DNA of 54,001 bases, filler included, from Sluysia triapertura (Eukaryota): the NCBI GenBank assembly GCA_046118255.1. It is 4 parts of 4 records of this genome, joined end to end, with 100 filler letters (N's around TTAATTAATTAA, not from the genome) between each part and the next. Parts side by side here need not be neighbours in the genome. Positions count along the whole stretch, not along the records: positions 14,698 to 27,383 come from JBJNIA010090235.1; 3 more parts are not named here. One strand, written 5' to 3'. Within the stretch, counting starts at the first letter, position 1; the number at the start of each line of letters is the position of its first letter. A model generated the notes under the pieces. It was not told where the DNA came from. It ran no database searches and saw only the letters and a list, made by a program, of their open reading frames with translations. Below, one piece after another: positions 14,768-26,150 of this stretch. Made by a program: the position numbers and the translations under genes.

Positions 14768-15507
14768 TTTATCACATCGAATAACATATAGCAATAATTA
14801 TTCTTTCTTTTTTATTTTTGCCAAATTAAACTGAACTTGTAAAACCAAATTGTTAAAGTAATAATAATTATTATTATTTTCTTTTACCAAAATAAATCGA
14901 ACTAAATAAATTTTGCGGTGTTAACTTGTGTTTGATTTTCTAAATTATTGGATGTGATTTTATGATTCAGCTGAAACTATAGAACAAGAATCTTCTAGAA
15001 TATATTCTAGAAAATTCTTTTTCTTTTTTAGAAAATTAACTTTGATTTTTAAAGATTTTAAATAGTTGTGATGACAACCTACACTAACTAACTTCCACAG
15101 TAGAGACTACTTTGATTATCCAAAATTATATAAACTATCATATCTTGAAGTTCAAAATTCGTAAAGTTCGAAATACTTACAATAATTTGAATATTATTAT
15201 AACAATAAATTATTAAGAAATTAGCAAAGATAAGGTATAAAACGTAATAGATGCAATAAATAGAGATTTTAAATTTATCTAAAAGAAAGTAATAATGTGC
15301 CTAATTTTTATTAAAATACGTAAAATAAAAGATAAAATTATTGCAATATATTTAAAGCCATGATAGTAAGACAATAAATTTTTACAAATTTAGGAAATTT
15401 TTTAGTACAAATGCCAAAAAACATTTAATTTATATGCTTGACTAATAAAAATATTTTGAACTTTACTATTTGAAAGCTATTACACCTAAAAGTGGGACAA
15501 TTTAGGC

Positions 15508-15722
15508 CAGTGTTTTTCAAAATGGGTCCAAGAGCCTTTACTTTGATTAATAGAAATTCAGAAAATTATTCATAAAAACATTTTCAAGGTTAATACACAA
15601 ATCAATTAACTTTCAATATTTAGTTTAACGAGATTTAATGATTTCGTTAGTGATCAAAGAACAAAGAAGCTCATATGACTTTTAAGACTTTATGAATGAT
15701 CAGAAAAGTTTAATAATAACTG
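15508..15722. mobile_element. hAT-type MITE (215 bp)
   Basis: CAGTGTTTTTCAAA...AAAAGTTTAATAATAACTG termini with a perfect 8-bp TSD ATTTAGGC. Confidence 0.85.
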
Positions 15723-17214
15723 ATTTAGGCATTCAATAAATGCTACAATCAATGTGAATCTAAAATTTCGAAATGTATCAATTCAAATCAAGTATTTAGT
15801 AACAACAATAATAATAATAAATAATTACAGAAGATAAAATATTGCCGTTTAAAATGGTATTGATAATTTTTCGTTTTAGAATTTTTAGAACAAATGTTTA
15901 GAATAAATGTTTTCGATAAATATTTAATTTTGATTTTAATTTATTTGATTCCCAAAAATATATTCTAAAAGTTACTAACCAGTAATTCAGACAGATTTTG
16001 AATTTGCTTTTTATACAATCAATAACCAATAAAACGTATTGTAAAGTAATTAATTTTTTATTTTAATGTGAAAAATACTAGTTTTGCACTTTTTTGTTTA
16101 TAAACAAATTAACGAATTCAAAAATTAATGAATATTAAGGAGTGATGGATTTATAATCCCATCTCTCATTATCACTACTATAGTTATGGGGTTTTCCTGT
16201 CATAACCTTTACTAGAATAGAATGAAGTGATCAACACTCATATACATGACTTGCTAAGTTATGAAGCAAATTAAAATCGAATCTCTACACTTTGTATACC
16301 CGGTAGTTATATTAAAGAAATGTATTAATATTCTGCGACATTAAACAGATAATAGTAAATGACTTTTTGAATGGTTATTAACAAATGAAAGCATTACTTA
16401 AATAGAATTTTCATATCCAAATACTAAAACATGAAGATCAGAATTTCAAAAATGTTAGAGGTAATAAAATTATATTAAAAGATGCATAATGGTCAACTAT
16501 AAGTACTGAATTAATTAATATGGAATATAGTAAAAGCATGGATATTCTAAAAATAAAGTCAACTTTTTTCACTGAAGACTGAAAGTGAAAATAAACTTGC
16601 ACATTTATTTCAATAGAAAATATGGAATTAGTATGAAATATTTTCAAAAACATTTTGCCAATTTAAAATATTACAACTTTATTAAGTTTGATAACATTTT
16701 ATATTTTTGAAGATGAGATTCGTTTTTCATGTGAAAGATATAATTACACAAAAATACAATAATGTAACCAGAATATTGCCATTAACTTTAAATAAAATTG
16801 TTAAAATATTTCTAAAATTTTGCATTTTACGTAATAAATATAGGTCACTTCTTAACAATACCATAATGAAATGTTATTTCACAATTAAACAAAAAAAACC
16901 TTTGGTATTAATATTAATTTTGATTATATTTCCGTGAATAAAATCTACAAAGTTTTTCTAGAATATATTCAGTCAAGCAAAGATTGTTTTGAAGCTGTAG
17001 TTTATAGTTTAGGTAACAAAAAATTTTATTTTCCAATTCAAACACTGAATGAATTTTTTCATATTTAAATTTTCACTTTTTAGCATTTAAATAAAGCTTA
17101 CATAATAACATGTTATTTAATTAAATATATAAAACCTTAAAATAACCTCAAGTAACCTTATAATTTTTCTATTTTTAATATAATCCTTAATTTGGATATT
17201 CAAAATTTATCATT

Positions 17215-19221
17215 TTACAAACTAACCGGTTTATCTTCTTCATCATTTGAATTGCAATTTTCACTGAAATCCAACATGATTCTCTTTTTTAAAGGTAAGT
17301 CCAACTTTGAAGGTTGTTCACGACGATTTACATTATTTGACTTTAATAAATTCGAATCTACATTGATATTATTAGTATATATCAAAGAGTTTGGATTTGA
17401 ATTGTTCATGATTACATTCGAGCTTATATNNNNNNNNNNNNNNNNNNNNNNNNNNNNNNNNNNNNNNNNNNNNNNNNNNNNNNNNNNNNNNNNNNNNNNN
17501 NNNNNNNNNNNNNNNNNNNNNNNNNNNNNNNNNNNNNNNNNNNNNNNNNNNNNNNNNNNNNNNNNNNNNNNNNNNNNNNNNCTTTTGGATTGGACATCAA
17601 GATAATTTTGCATTAAATCAACTACAAGTGATTCAGCCTTTTGTCGAATACTATATTTATTATTAGTATTTAGTCTAACATATAAATTGTCACTTGTCTT
17701 AGTAACAGTAGAAGGATTTTGTTTGTCTACATCAGGACTTTCAAAATCTATTAAGGATTTATTTTTCATCGATGAATTTGCATTTCTATTTGACGTTGTA
17801 GATGCTTTAGTGCTTGTTAAATGATTGTTAATATTATGCTCAGATAAGTTGGATAGAGATTTTTTAAAATGCTGATTGACCATATCGTCGTTACTAAAAC
17901 TTGAATTTGAATTGTTGTTTGATAGCAAAATAGATGCTTCTTTGGAATCTCGTAATATTTGATGCGTAGGATCTAAAATATTTTTGTTTGTTGAATTTAC
18001 TGATTTTAACAATAAATTTGCATTTGTACAATTATTGGTATTATGCTGGTTAATAGAATGTTGTTGAGAATTTATTATGATATCCCAATCTCTAGGTAAT
18101 GAAGGTGGTATAGTTTTGCGCTGCATTGAAATATCGTTAATCGGAGACTGAATTATTTTAGAATCTGTGTGTTGCTGAGACGGTTTTATAATTAATGATT
18201 GTGCTGATGGCGCCGCAGATGACGTAGGAGATGATGATGAAACTATAAGTTTATTGGTCCTTCGATTGACGTTTGGCAATGATGTATCAGAATCAATTTC
18301 AGATTGTGATTTAAAAGATCTTAATAATTAATATAAAATTTAAAATAAACGTAAATATTGTTTTTAAAAAATTAAAACAAACCTATCAGACATATTTTCA
18401 CTGTATGAGCTTTTGTCTAACAAATTCCATAGAGGTATGTTAGAAGTAGGAGCTTTTATAAATACATTTGATTTATCATTATTTGAATTTTTAATAGTGG
18501 AACATTCCAATATAACATTAGATAACTGATTAGAATTATTTTGATTTTGATTGATAAGCATGAAACTAGAATTATTTGGATTTTGGTGCTTTTGTAATGA
18601 ACTAATATACTGGTTTATTTCTTCAGATGTCAAGCTATTTTTGTTCTGCGAATTTAAACGACTTAAAGCTTCCATAACATTCACATTATTCATTGTGAAT
18701 ATTGTTGGATTTGATTGATTTAAAGAAGTTGATGGTACTGAAGTATTTATAGCAATAGCAGGGACATTTGTAGTTTGATTAGATAACAGTACTTGCGAAT
18801 TTAAGGGTACAGAACTAATTGATTCCTTTGAAACGTCTGAGGCATTAGTTGTTGAATTTTGCTTTTTATCGTATTGCAAGCAAATAGCTTGTAACATACT
18901 TGGTATGGTAGATTCATTAGTATTGAAAATTCCCAATTGTTGATTACGATCAATCATTGTTGGTTGAGTCTGACTAACTTGAACTGATGGAGTGGATCGA
19001 TTTATAAAAAGCTGCGGTTGTCGTATCATTGCAGCAAATTGCTTTACTAATTCAGGTTGGATCACATTAGAATTTAATTGATATGATGAATTAGACCTCC
19101 CAGGTTGTTGCTGTTGAGTAACTACTAAATTCTGATTGATAGCTATAGGTGGTCGATATTGCTGCTGCGAATTCGTAGTACCATTCTCCGTAAAAATAGA
19201 AATGTTATTCTTAGGTTGCAT
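17215..19221 (-). CDS. Two-exon gene for a low-complexity Q/N/S-rich, probably disordered protein (~650 aa including the N gap); exons 19221-18383 and 18319-17215
   Basis: The 285-aa and 354-aa ORFs join in frame through a 63-nt GT-AG intron (18382-18320): ...MSDR|SFKSQSEIDSDTSLPNVNRR. C-terminal LDLPLKKR motif. No domain recognised; start codon unverified; frame across the N gap is assumed. Confidence 0.75.
17430..17581. other. Scaffolding gap (152 N) inside a coding exon
   Basis: N run without the linker motif. Confidence 0.95.
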
Positions 19222-19744
19222 AATTTCTTCGAAATACTTTATAACATTAATACAATTAAAAAATAATCAATGACTTTATGACAGTCGTACTTTGAATTGA
19301 ATATTTTTTAAACTATGATTGGTTATCGAAAGACAGAGTAAAAATAAACAGTGTGCTTATATGCATACAAAACAGTATTTCATAAAGTATGTCACTCTGT
19401 CACGTGATTTTAATTCTAATGTTTTATTTTTGTAGACAATTTATTTAAAATTCCTAAGTAGGTGTCTCTAATAACATTCTAATGTAATTAAATAATATTT
19501 ATATTATATTTCAATACAATTATAACCTCTTTTCATGTTTTACTTATTAAAAGATATTTGTAATTGTTTTAATAACTCATTTTGTTTAGTCAATAAATAA
19601 GTTCTATTTTTAGAAACGCCATACAATGAATTAATATAATTTTATTGATAATACAATATATTAGTCTGTGATTAATAGCTTAATAATCTACTACTAAAAA
19701 TTAATATAAAATTTAAATATAATTTGTCATTTAAGTAGATATTT
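19222..19744. promoter_or_regulatory. Putative bidirectional promoter between the divergent Q/N-rich gene and BAF60
   Basis: About 520 bp separate two divergently oriented ATGs; positional inference only. Confidence 0.45.
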
Positions 19745-21367
19745 ATGATGTATTCGAATTTTCAAAGAAATATGAATTCACATAATAGATCTATTCAATC
19801 AAGAATAAACCCTCAAACCTCTGTAATGAATAATAGTAGACGAATTCAAAGTATTCCTCCAAGTAATATGTCACAAAACACTTCTAGACCCACTATGTAA
19901 TTTTTTTTATAATTTTATTCTACTTTTAGAAAGCGAAAAAGAAAAATGGGTGATAGATTATTACCCAAAAAAATAAGACTATTAATTCCTGAATCTGAAT
20001 CATATATGCAAATGTTAGAGTTAGAAAAACAATTAGATCAAGTATTGATACGTCGAAAATTAAGTGTTCAAGAAGAATTAAAAAAACCTTGCAAAGTATA
20101 ATTAATTTTTTTACATAATTATTTTAATAGATAAAGAAAAAGCTTCGCTTAATTTTAAGTACTACATTAAACACGGGATCTGCTAGTGATTCAGGGCAAT
20201 CAATGAATCATATTGGACCTGGTTGGGAATTAAGAGTTGAAGGTCGATTAATTGATGAAGTAATTTAATGTAATTGTTAAATTTTAGTACTTAGAGTTCA
20301 ACAAATGATCTTAAAACTCGTAGAAAGTTTTCTACTTATTTTAAATCTTTAGTAATTGAACTAGACAAAGATTTGTATGGACCAGATAATCATTTAGTTG
20401 AAGTATGTTTTACACTAATAATTTACATTTTTATAGTGGCATAGAAATGCTAACACTCCGGAAACCGATGGATTTCAAGTAAAAAGACCGGGAAACACAA
20501 ATGTTAAATGCAAATTGTTTTTGATGCTTGATCATCGGCCTCCGCAGTATAAATTAGAACCGCATTTAGCTAGAGTTTTGGGTATTCATACTGATACTAG
20601 AGCACAAATAATTTACGCTCTTTGGAACTATATAAAAACTCAAAAGTATTTTTTTAATATTTAATTTATATTAATAGATTACAGGATTCGCATGAACGTG
20701 ATTATATTAATTGTGATCAGTATCTAGAACAAATTTTTCAAGCAAAAAGAATAAAATTTGCTGAAATACCAAACAGGTTAACACCATTGTTGTTGCCACC
20801 AGATCCTATTATTATTAATCATGTCATTCAAGTTGATGGTGAAGAACCAAAACAGATATCTTGTTATGATATTGATGTTGAATTGGTTATTTTCTATTTT
20901 TAAATGAAAATGATAATCAATTTTATTAATTTCTAAATGGCATTCTATTTCGTGATTTTTTTAATTTTGATGTTTTTTTTTCATATTAGGAGTTGAATAT
21001 TTATCTAAAAGTTTTACATTATATACTATCGCTTTGTGCAGATTTCATTTTGATTTTGATTTTATACAATATTTTTAAAGTTAACCCGTAGCACTCAGTA
21101 ATTAAGCTGGGATGCAATGAGTTAAACATTTCCTTCACTTAAAAATCAAAAGTGTTAAATTCTAAAAAATTCTTTTATTATTTGTATGGATAAGTAATGA
21201 AATTAATTTAATTACACTAATTTAATTGTTTTCATTTTTAATGTTAATGACTTGTAATATTATATTTTTACAGTGTTTCTATTTAGGATGATAACTACAA
21301 AACGATGTTACAAAATTACGCACAAAATACTGTATATCCTCAAGAAATTGCAAATTTGGAATGTAAA
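19745..21367 (+). CDS. SMARCD: SWI/SNF complex subunit SMARCD/BAF60 (SWIB domain), 3'-incomplete; exons 19745-19896, 19930-20095, 20131-20259, 20295-20402, 20437-20645, 20678-20885, 21287-21367
   Basis: Manual splicing at GT-AG junctions gives one open frame with BAF60 hallmark peptides: [120 protein letters not shown]. No C-terminal exons recognised before the contig end at 27383. Confidence 0.97.
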
Positions 21368-21449
21368 GTAAGATATGTTAAATATTAATTTCTATTTATA
21401 AAAACAATTATTTGACACTGTCAGTTTAGGGATGTTGAAGGTTTATTAA

Positions 21450-23176
21450 CCCATTCGCTGCCAAGCCTAAATTGTATGAAGTTATTTTCTGTGTTATAAA
21501 ATATTTTTTGTCTTGTTAATGTTATCAAATACCTTTTGTTTTTCTTGTTGACACTTATTTATACTTATCTGGAATCGTTCGTTCACTCGTAGATGGAAGT
21601 GCAAAATTTGATTGCTTAGATTCTAAACACTTAAAAACGTTAAAGTTGAGTTGTCTGAACTCTAAATACCTTTAATAAAAAACGCTGAATTTACACAAAA
21701 TTGTTAACGTCGTAAATAAAATAGTTTATACAGAATACAAAATTCTGTAATTACCTTATCAAATATTGTTCTAAAACCGAATCAATCAAATATCGTTAAT
21801 AGTTAATCAGTTAAGTTAATAAATTTTACAATTGAATACCTTTTTTCTTCTTCGGCTTGAATACTTTTTCGGAATTGATTAATGACTTTCGGCTAAAATG
21901 TCTATTTATATCCATTTGGTGATGTTGTATGATTGCCTATAACTGTTGTAATTACTTTTTAAATAAATTATTATTCCGTGAAATGCGTTTGTAATTACTC
22001 TTTTCCATTAAATTATTTTCTAATTACTTATTTAATTGAAAATCCATTAAGTAAATATTTCTTTCTTCAATTCTTTAGGTATTAATTACTTTTCTTTAAA
22101 ATCCCTTAGGTAATTAACTATTTTTATTTTTAAAATTTTTGTAGTATCATTAAGTAATTAATTTTTTATTTAGTACTTCAATTTTATATGTAAAATAATT
22201 AATTTAAATTGGAAATGGAGGTTAAACTAAATTTGAAATGAGTTTTTATGTTATTTTTAATTTTATTTTATATATTTTATTTTATTTACATCTGCTTTGA
22301 GTGTTATTTATCTAAGTACACATTGGTTGCCAATAAAAGCAAGAATAGAATTTAAAATCATGACAATAATTTACAAACGCTTACATTACGGAAGTCCTGA
22401 ATATCTTTTGGAAATGAAGATGAATATTTCATTGAGACAATAATAATCTATACAGAATTCACAGTGATAACAAGCTAGGTGATAGGTTGTATACTGTTTA
22501 TGTCTCAAAAATATACAACCAGTTACCAGAGAATGTCAATTTGCTGGAAGATAATGAAATATTTAAGAAAAATGAAAAGTTCTTTCTGTTTCAGAAATAC
22601 TATGGTGAATGATTTACCATAAGCGCTTTTGAGTACTTCAGCAGTAGGTATGAGCGCAATATAAATTAATATATTATATTAAATAATCATTTACATGTAT
22701 AAAAAATCAAACACGAATATTGGCAATAGGAAGACTATATCTTTTTTTTATTTGCACACGTTTAAGCAAACAAACAAATCATTAATCACACAAATAGATG
22801 AAAGTATAATAGTACTAAAAACGAGACACTTTTCTGTAAATTCGTAAAGGATGGTTATTAACTGCTGACGATTACTTAGATTCTATTTCGTTTCAGAGAT
22901 AACGGGATCATGTAATATTGAACACTTTGACTCTGAGTTTATCTGCAACATCTCTCAAGAATAAGCACTGTAATTTTGTAGAGTCAGAAGTACCTATCAA
23001 TAAATTATTAGTTGGGAAATAAACAACAAATTAATAAATAAAGTAGAATTTTTGTAAAAACAAATTATTTGTAGCTTTTTTCAAGTTTTTACACTTGTAT
23101 ATTTATATAAAACGTTTGCCAGCTCCACAATATATTGAAAGTATCATGAGTATATTCGTGGTTGGCAGCGAATGAG
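21450..23176. mobile_element. Non-autonomous piggyBac-type element in BAF60 intron 7, with a nested LINE fragment
   Basis: TTAA-CCCATTCGCTGCCAA at the left and TTGGCAGCGAATGAG at the right (14 of 15); the right TTAA is missing. Confidence 0.65.
22319..22680 (+). mobile_element. L2/CR1-group LINE 3' fragment (same family as 5450-5815)
   Basis: HWLPIKARIEFKIMTII; L2-type tail TAAGCGCTTTTGAG...GAGCGCAATATAAAT. Confidence 0.88.
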
Positions 23177-24938
23177 CCGAGTGATTATCATTGGGTAGTT
23201 TTGGAATTGTATTATTTATGAATTCGGAGGTATGGTGGTAAGAGTTTGTATTAACAAGTTGTAATGGAAATATGTTATGTTTAGAATATTATTGTCAGCA
23301 TGTTTGATCATTACAGTCTTGTCAAAATTAAACAAATCTCTTAAAACTTATTAACTATTACTGGAGTGATATAACTGTTAGAAATCCTTAAATTTACTGT
23401 TTCTCTTTTATTGTATTCATTTTTTGGTATAGTAATGATATTTAAAACTTTAATTCTACTTTAGTTTTCATCTCATTAATCATTATTTCATTTAAATGGA
23501 TTTTAGATTTTATCCTCCAGCTCAAGTTTATTTCAACCTGAATGTCGGGAATTTTATGCTTTAACTGATCATGATTATAATTAAAGTTTACTTTTTTACA
23601 GTTTTTATACTGATTACCATTTCTATGTTTTGAGCGCCATATTTTGCAAAAATATTACCTTAAAAATTAATAAATGAGAAATAAAAGAAAAGTATTTAAA
23701 GTTTTAATAAAAAATATTTCGAACAGATCTGTCAGGTCATCACGTTTCATGATTTTATAAACAAGAACGGATTTTGTTTTGCCGCCAGATGTGAATGTAT
23801 CTTTATCTGACAAATGTCCTAAATTATGTTTTAGGTATTCTGTTATACGATTAGTTTCTAATAGATGAGTAAATAAACTTTCTGACATTTCTTTTTCATA
23901 ATTTACTTTGAATTTGAATGCAGGATTAAATTTGTATTGATAATATTCATCTTTGAATATCTTTTGCAAGCAGTTGTGAAAACAGCTTTCAATTTCTAAT
24001 GTCACTTCTGCTTTTTTTCTAAGACTTAATTAACGGTAAAATAATTTTTGGACAGGGTCCGGTTACAATAAAGGACTTCCATCGTATTGTGGGCGTTCAT
24101 GTAAATTTAAGTTAATAATAAAATTTGACTTTAACCCTAAAAATGAATGCCTAAGTATTATTTATTAAAAAGTTCTAAATCTGATGACTTAACAATCTTA
24201 AATTAGTTTATTGAATTCTTCACTTAAGTAGAGTAATAATCCAAATTATTGTTATTAAAAATTTCAAAATTTAAAATTTACAAGTTTAGATTATATAGAT
24301 TAAAAATAAGAAAAATAAAGTCTTTCAATTAAAACCACAAGGGGCTTTAATTGTTTTTATAATAAAATAAGTTCGAATATAATTTGTCCCTCTATATATC
24401 GGTGAAACTTAATATACTTTTAAAAATGAATTAAAATGGGAATAATTTAAATAAATTAGTATTTCCTTAACAGAAATAACTTACGAAAAGCATGGAACTG
24501 TCCACAGATATTGAATAATAATTTTCCTTTTTGTTCATGTGCAACGGAAAACGAATATAGTTGTTAGGATTTTATTGTTTAATAAATTAGGTTGAATAAA
24601 CGTAATGTAAAGGTTCGAGGGCTTGATTATGTATAAGAAAAAGCAGTAGTGATGAAGTGCAAAATCTAAAAGTATAAGTAATCTAAAATTGTGCTGGAAT
24701 AATGCGTCAACTTTTGTGATGCTATTAAACTTGATCATGTGTGAACTAAGCGTATTCTCGTTAAAGAAAGACAACTTGTTGTACGAAAACTCAATTTCTA
24801 TTTTATGCTTACTCTTTACCGGTTTACTAACGAAATTATTATATTTGATTTTTTGGAAGATGTGAGTATACGCGATGTAGGTGTATAGTTTAAAATCTTT
24901 CAAAGCTTTATTGCCATTAAGCTCGGAACCCTTGAGAC

Positions 24939-26150
24939 TTATGAAGTTTTTGATTTCAACGTAATTTTTTTATCTTTATCTTGAATACTGAAGTTTTCAT
25001 TTGCATTAAAAAAACATAATTTAAATCTTTTAAGAAAAACATTTATTAACGTTCTAAAACTTTTTAAATATATATATTTGTTCCATGGTTTCGAGTAATT
25101 TCGCATTTCTTCGTTCTTGAATCCATTTTCATCGTACAGTAAATCGAGGCATCTGAGATTATAATATACAATATTATTATATAAAGAAATAAAAGAATTC
25201 AAATTGAATTTACAATTTAACAAGTACATACCTCCTTGACGATTGACCATCAGTCTGCTATTTCTGGTATACGACATGATTGCAAGCTCGTGCTCAAAAT
25301 TGATTATTTTCTGCTTAATACTAATCACATGCATCGTGTTCTGCTTCACGTTAATCACATTGTTTGTATCCTGCTTGACACTAAATATTAGGTTCACGTC
25401 GTACTTCAAACTATCTACATCATCTGCATACTTGTTGACACTAAATACATGGTTCACGTCGTACTTGAAACTATTTACATCATCTGCATATTTGTTGACG
25501 CAAAATACATGGTTCATGTCGTACTTCAAACTATTCACATCATTTGCACACTTGTTGAGACTAAATACATGGTTCACATCATGTTTCGGACTATTTACAT
25601 CGTACCCTCTTTGTTTTTCGCTATTTACATTAATTACATTCATCTTTGCACTGGATATAACGATCACCTTGTGCTCGAAATTACTCACATCGTTCACTTT
25701 TGATTTCGCACTAATTATGTTGGTGGCGTCACGCTCGAGACCAATTTTATCATATATTATCGACTGATTTTTAATCTTAATGATTGCATTGTGGTTCATA
25801 CTAATTATATCATACGTTCTTTGCTTGATCCTAAACATGATGATCATAACGTGCTTTACTCTTAGTTTTCGACGTATGGATAGTTGATCTAATTGTTTTT
25901 TTAATTCTAACATTTGCATATATGATTCAGGTTCGAGAATTAATAGAATCATTTTTTCTGGTAATAATCTATCACACATTTTTCCCGTTGGCTTTATAGA
26001 GGGTCTAGGAGTGTTTCGTGACATGTTACTTCGAAGAACAATTTGAATCTGTATAGTGTTATTCATTACAGAAGTTTGAGAGTTTAATCTTGCTTGAATA
26101 GGTCTATTACATGAATTCATATTTCTGTGAAAATTCGCATTCTTCCTCAT
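24939..26150 (-). CDS. Chimeric 403-aa ORF: processed copy of the BAF60 N-terminus (~98 aa) + decapeptide repeat array + unrelated tail
   Basis: The first ~98 codons align without indels to spliced exons 1-2 of the BAF60 gene; intron 1 is precisely absent; the ORF is uninterrupted for 1212 nt in very AT-rich DNA. Expression unknown. Confidence 0.7.
   Translation of the reverse strand: MRKNANFHRNMNSCNRPIQARLNSQTSVMNNTIQIQIVLRSNMSRNTPRPSIKPTGKMCDRLLPEKMILLILEPESYMQMLELKKQLDQLSIRRKLRVKHVMIIMFRIKQRTYDIISMNHNAIIKIKNQSIIYDKIGLERDATNIISAKSKVNDVSNFEHKVIVISSAKMNVINVNSEKQRGYDVNSPKHDVNHVFSLNKCANDVNSLKYDMNHVFCVNKYADDVNSFKYDVNHVFSVNKYADDVDSLKYDVNLIFSVKQDTNNVINVKQNTMHVISIKQKIINFEHELAIMSYTRNSRLMVNRQGGMYLLNCKFNLNSFISLYNNIVYYNLRCLDLLYDENGFKNEEMRNYSKPWNKYIYLKSFRTLINVFLKRFKLCFFNANENFSIQDKDKKITLKSKTS
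25261..25860 (-). repeat. Coding minisatellite, 30-nt unit (~20 copies) with a 60-nt higher-order dimer in the core
   Basis: CTA(A/T)..ACAT-like words recur every 30 nt; the core translates as (DVNS[LF]KYDVNHVFSVNKYAD)n. Confidence 0.9.

Noticed and set aside
17192-17605. 137-aa plus-strand ORF
   Set aside because: Antisense shadow of the minus-strand exon, inflated by Ns.
23667-24005. 112-aa minus-strand ORF
   Set aside because: No recognisable motif, and not the missing BAF60 C-terminus (wrong strand and sequence).
25243-25767. Plus-strand ORFs of 174 and 84 aa
   Set aside because: Explained by the stop-free repeat unit; no independent evidence of coding.
25261-25860. CRISPR-like array (regular 60-nt period)
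   Set aside because: No unique spacers: both halves are themselves repeats. It lies in an ORF, the context is eukaryotic, and no cas genes are present.
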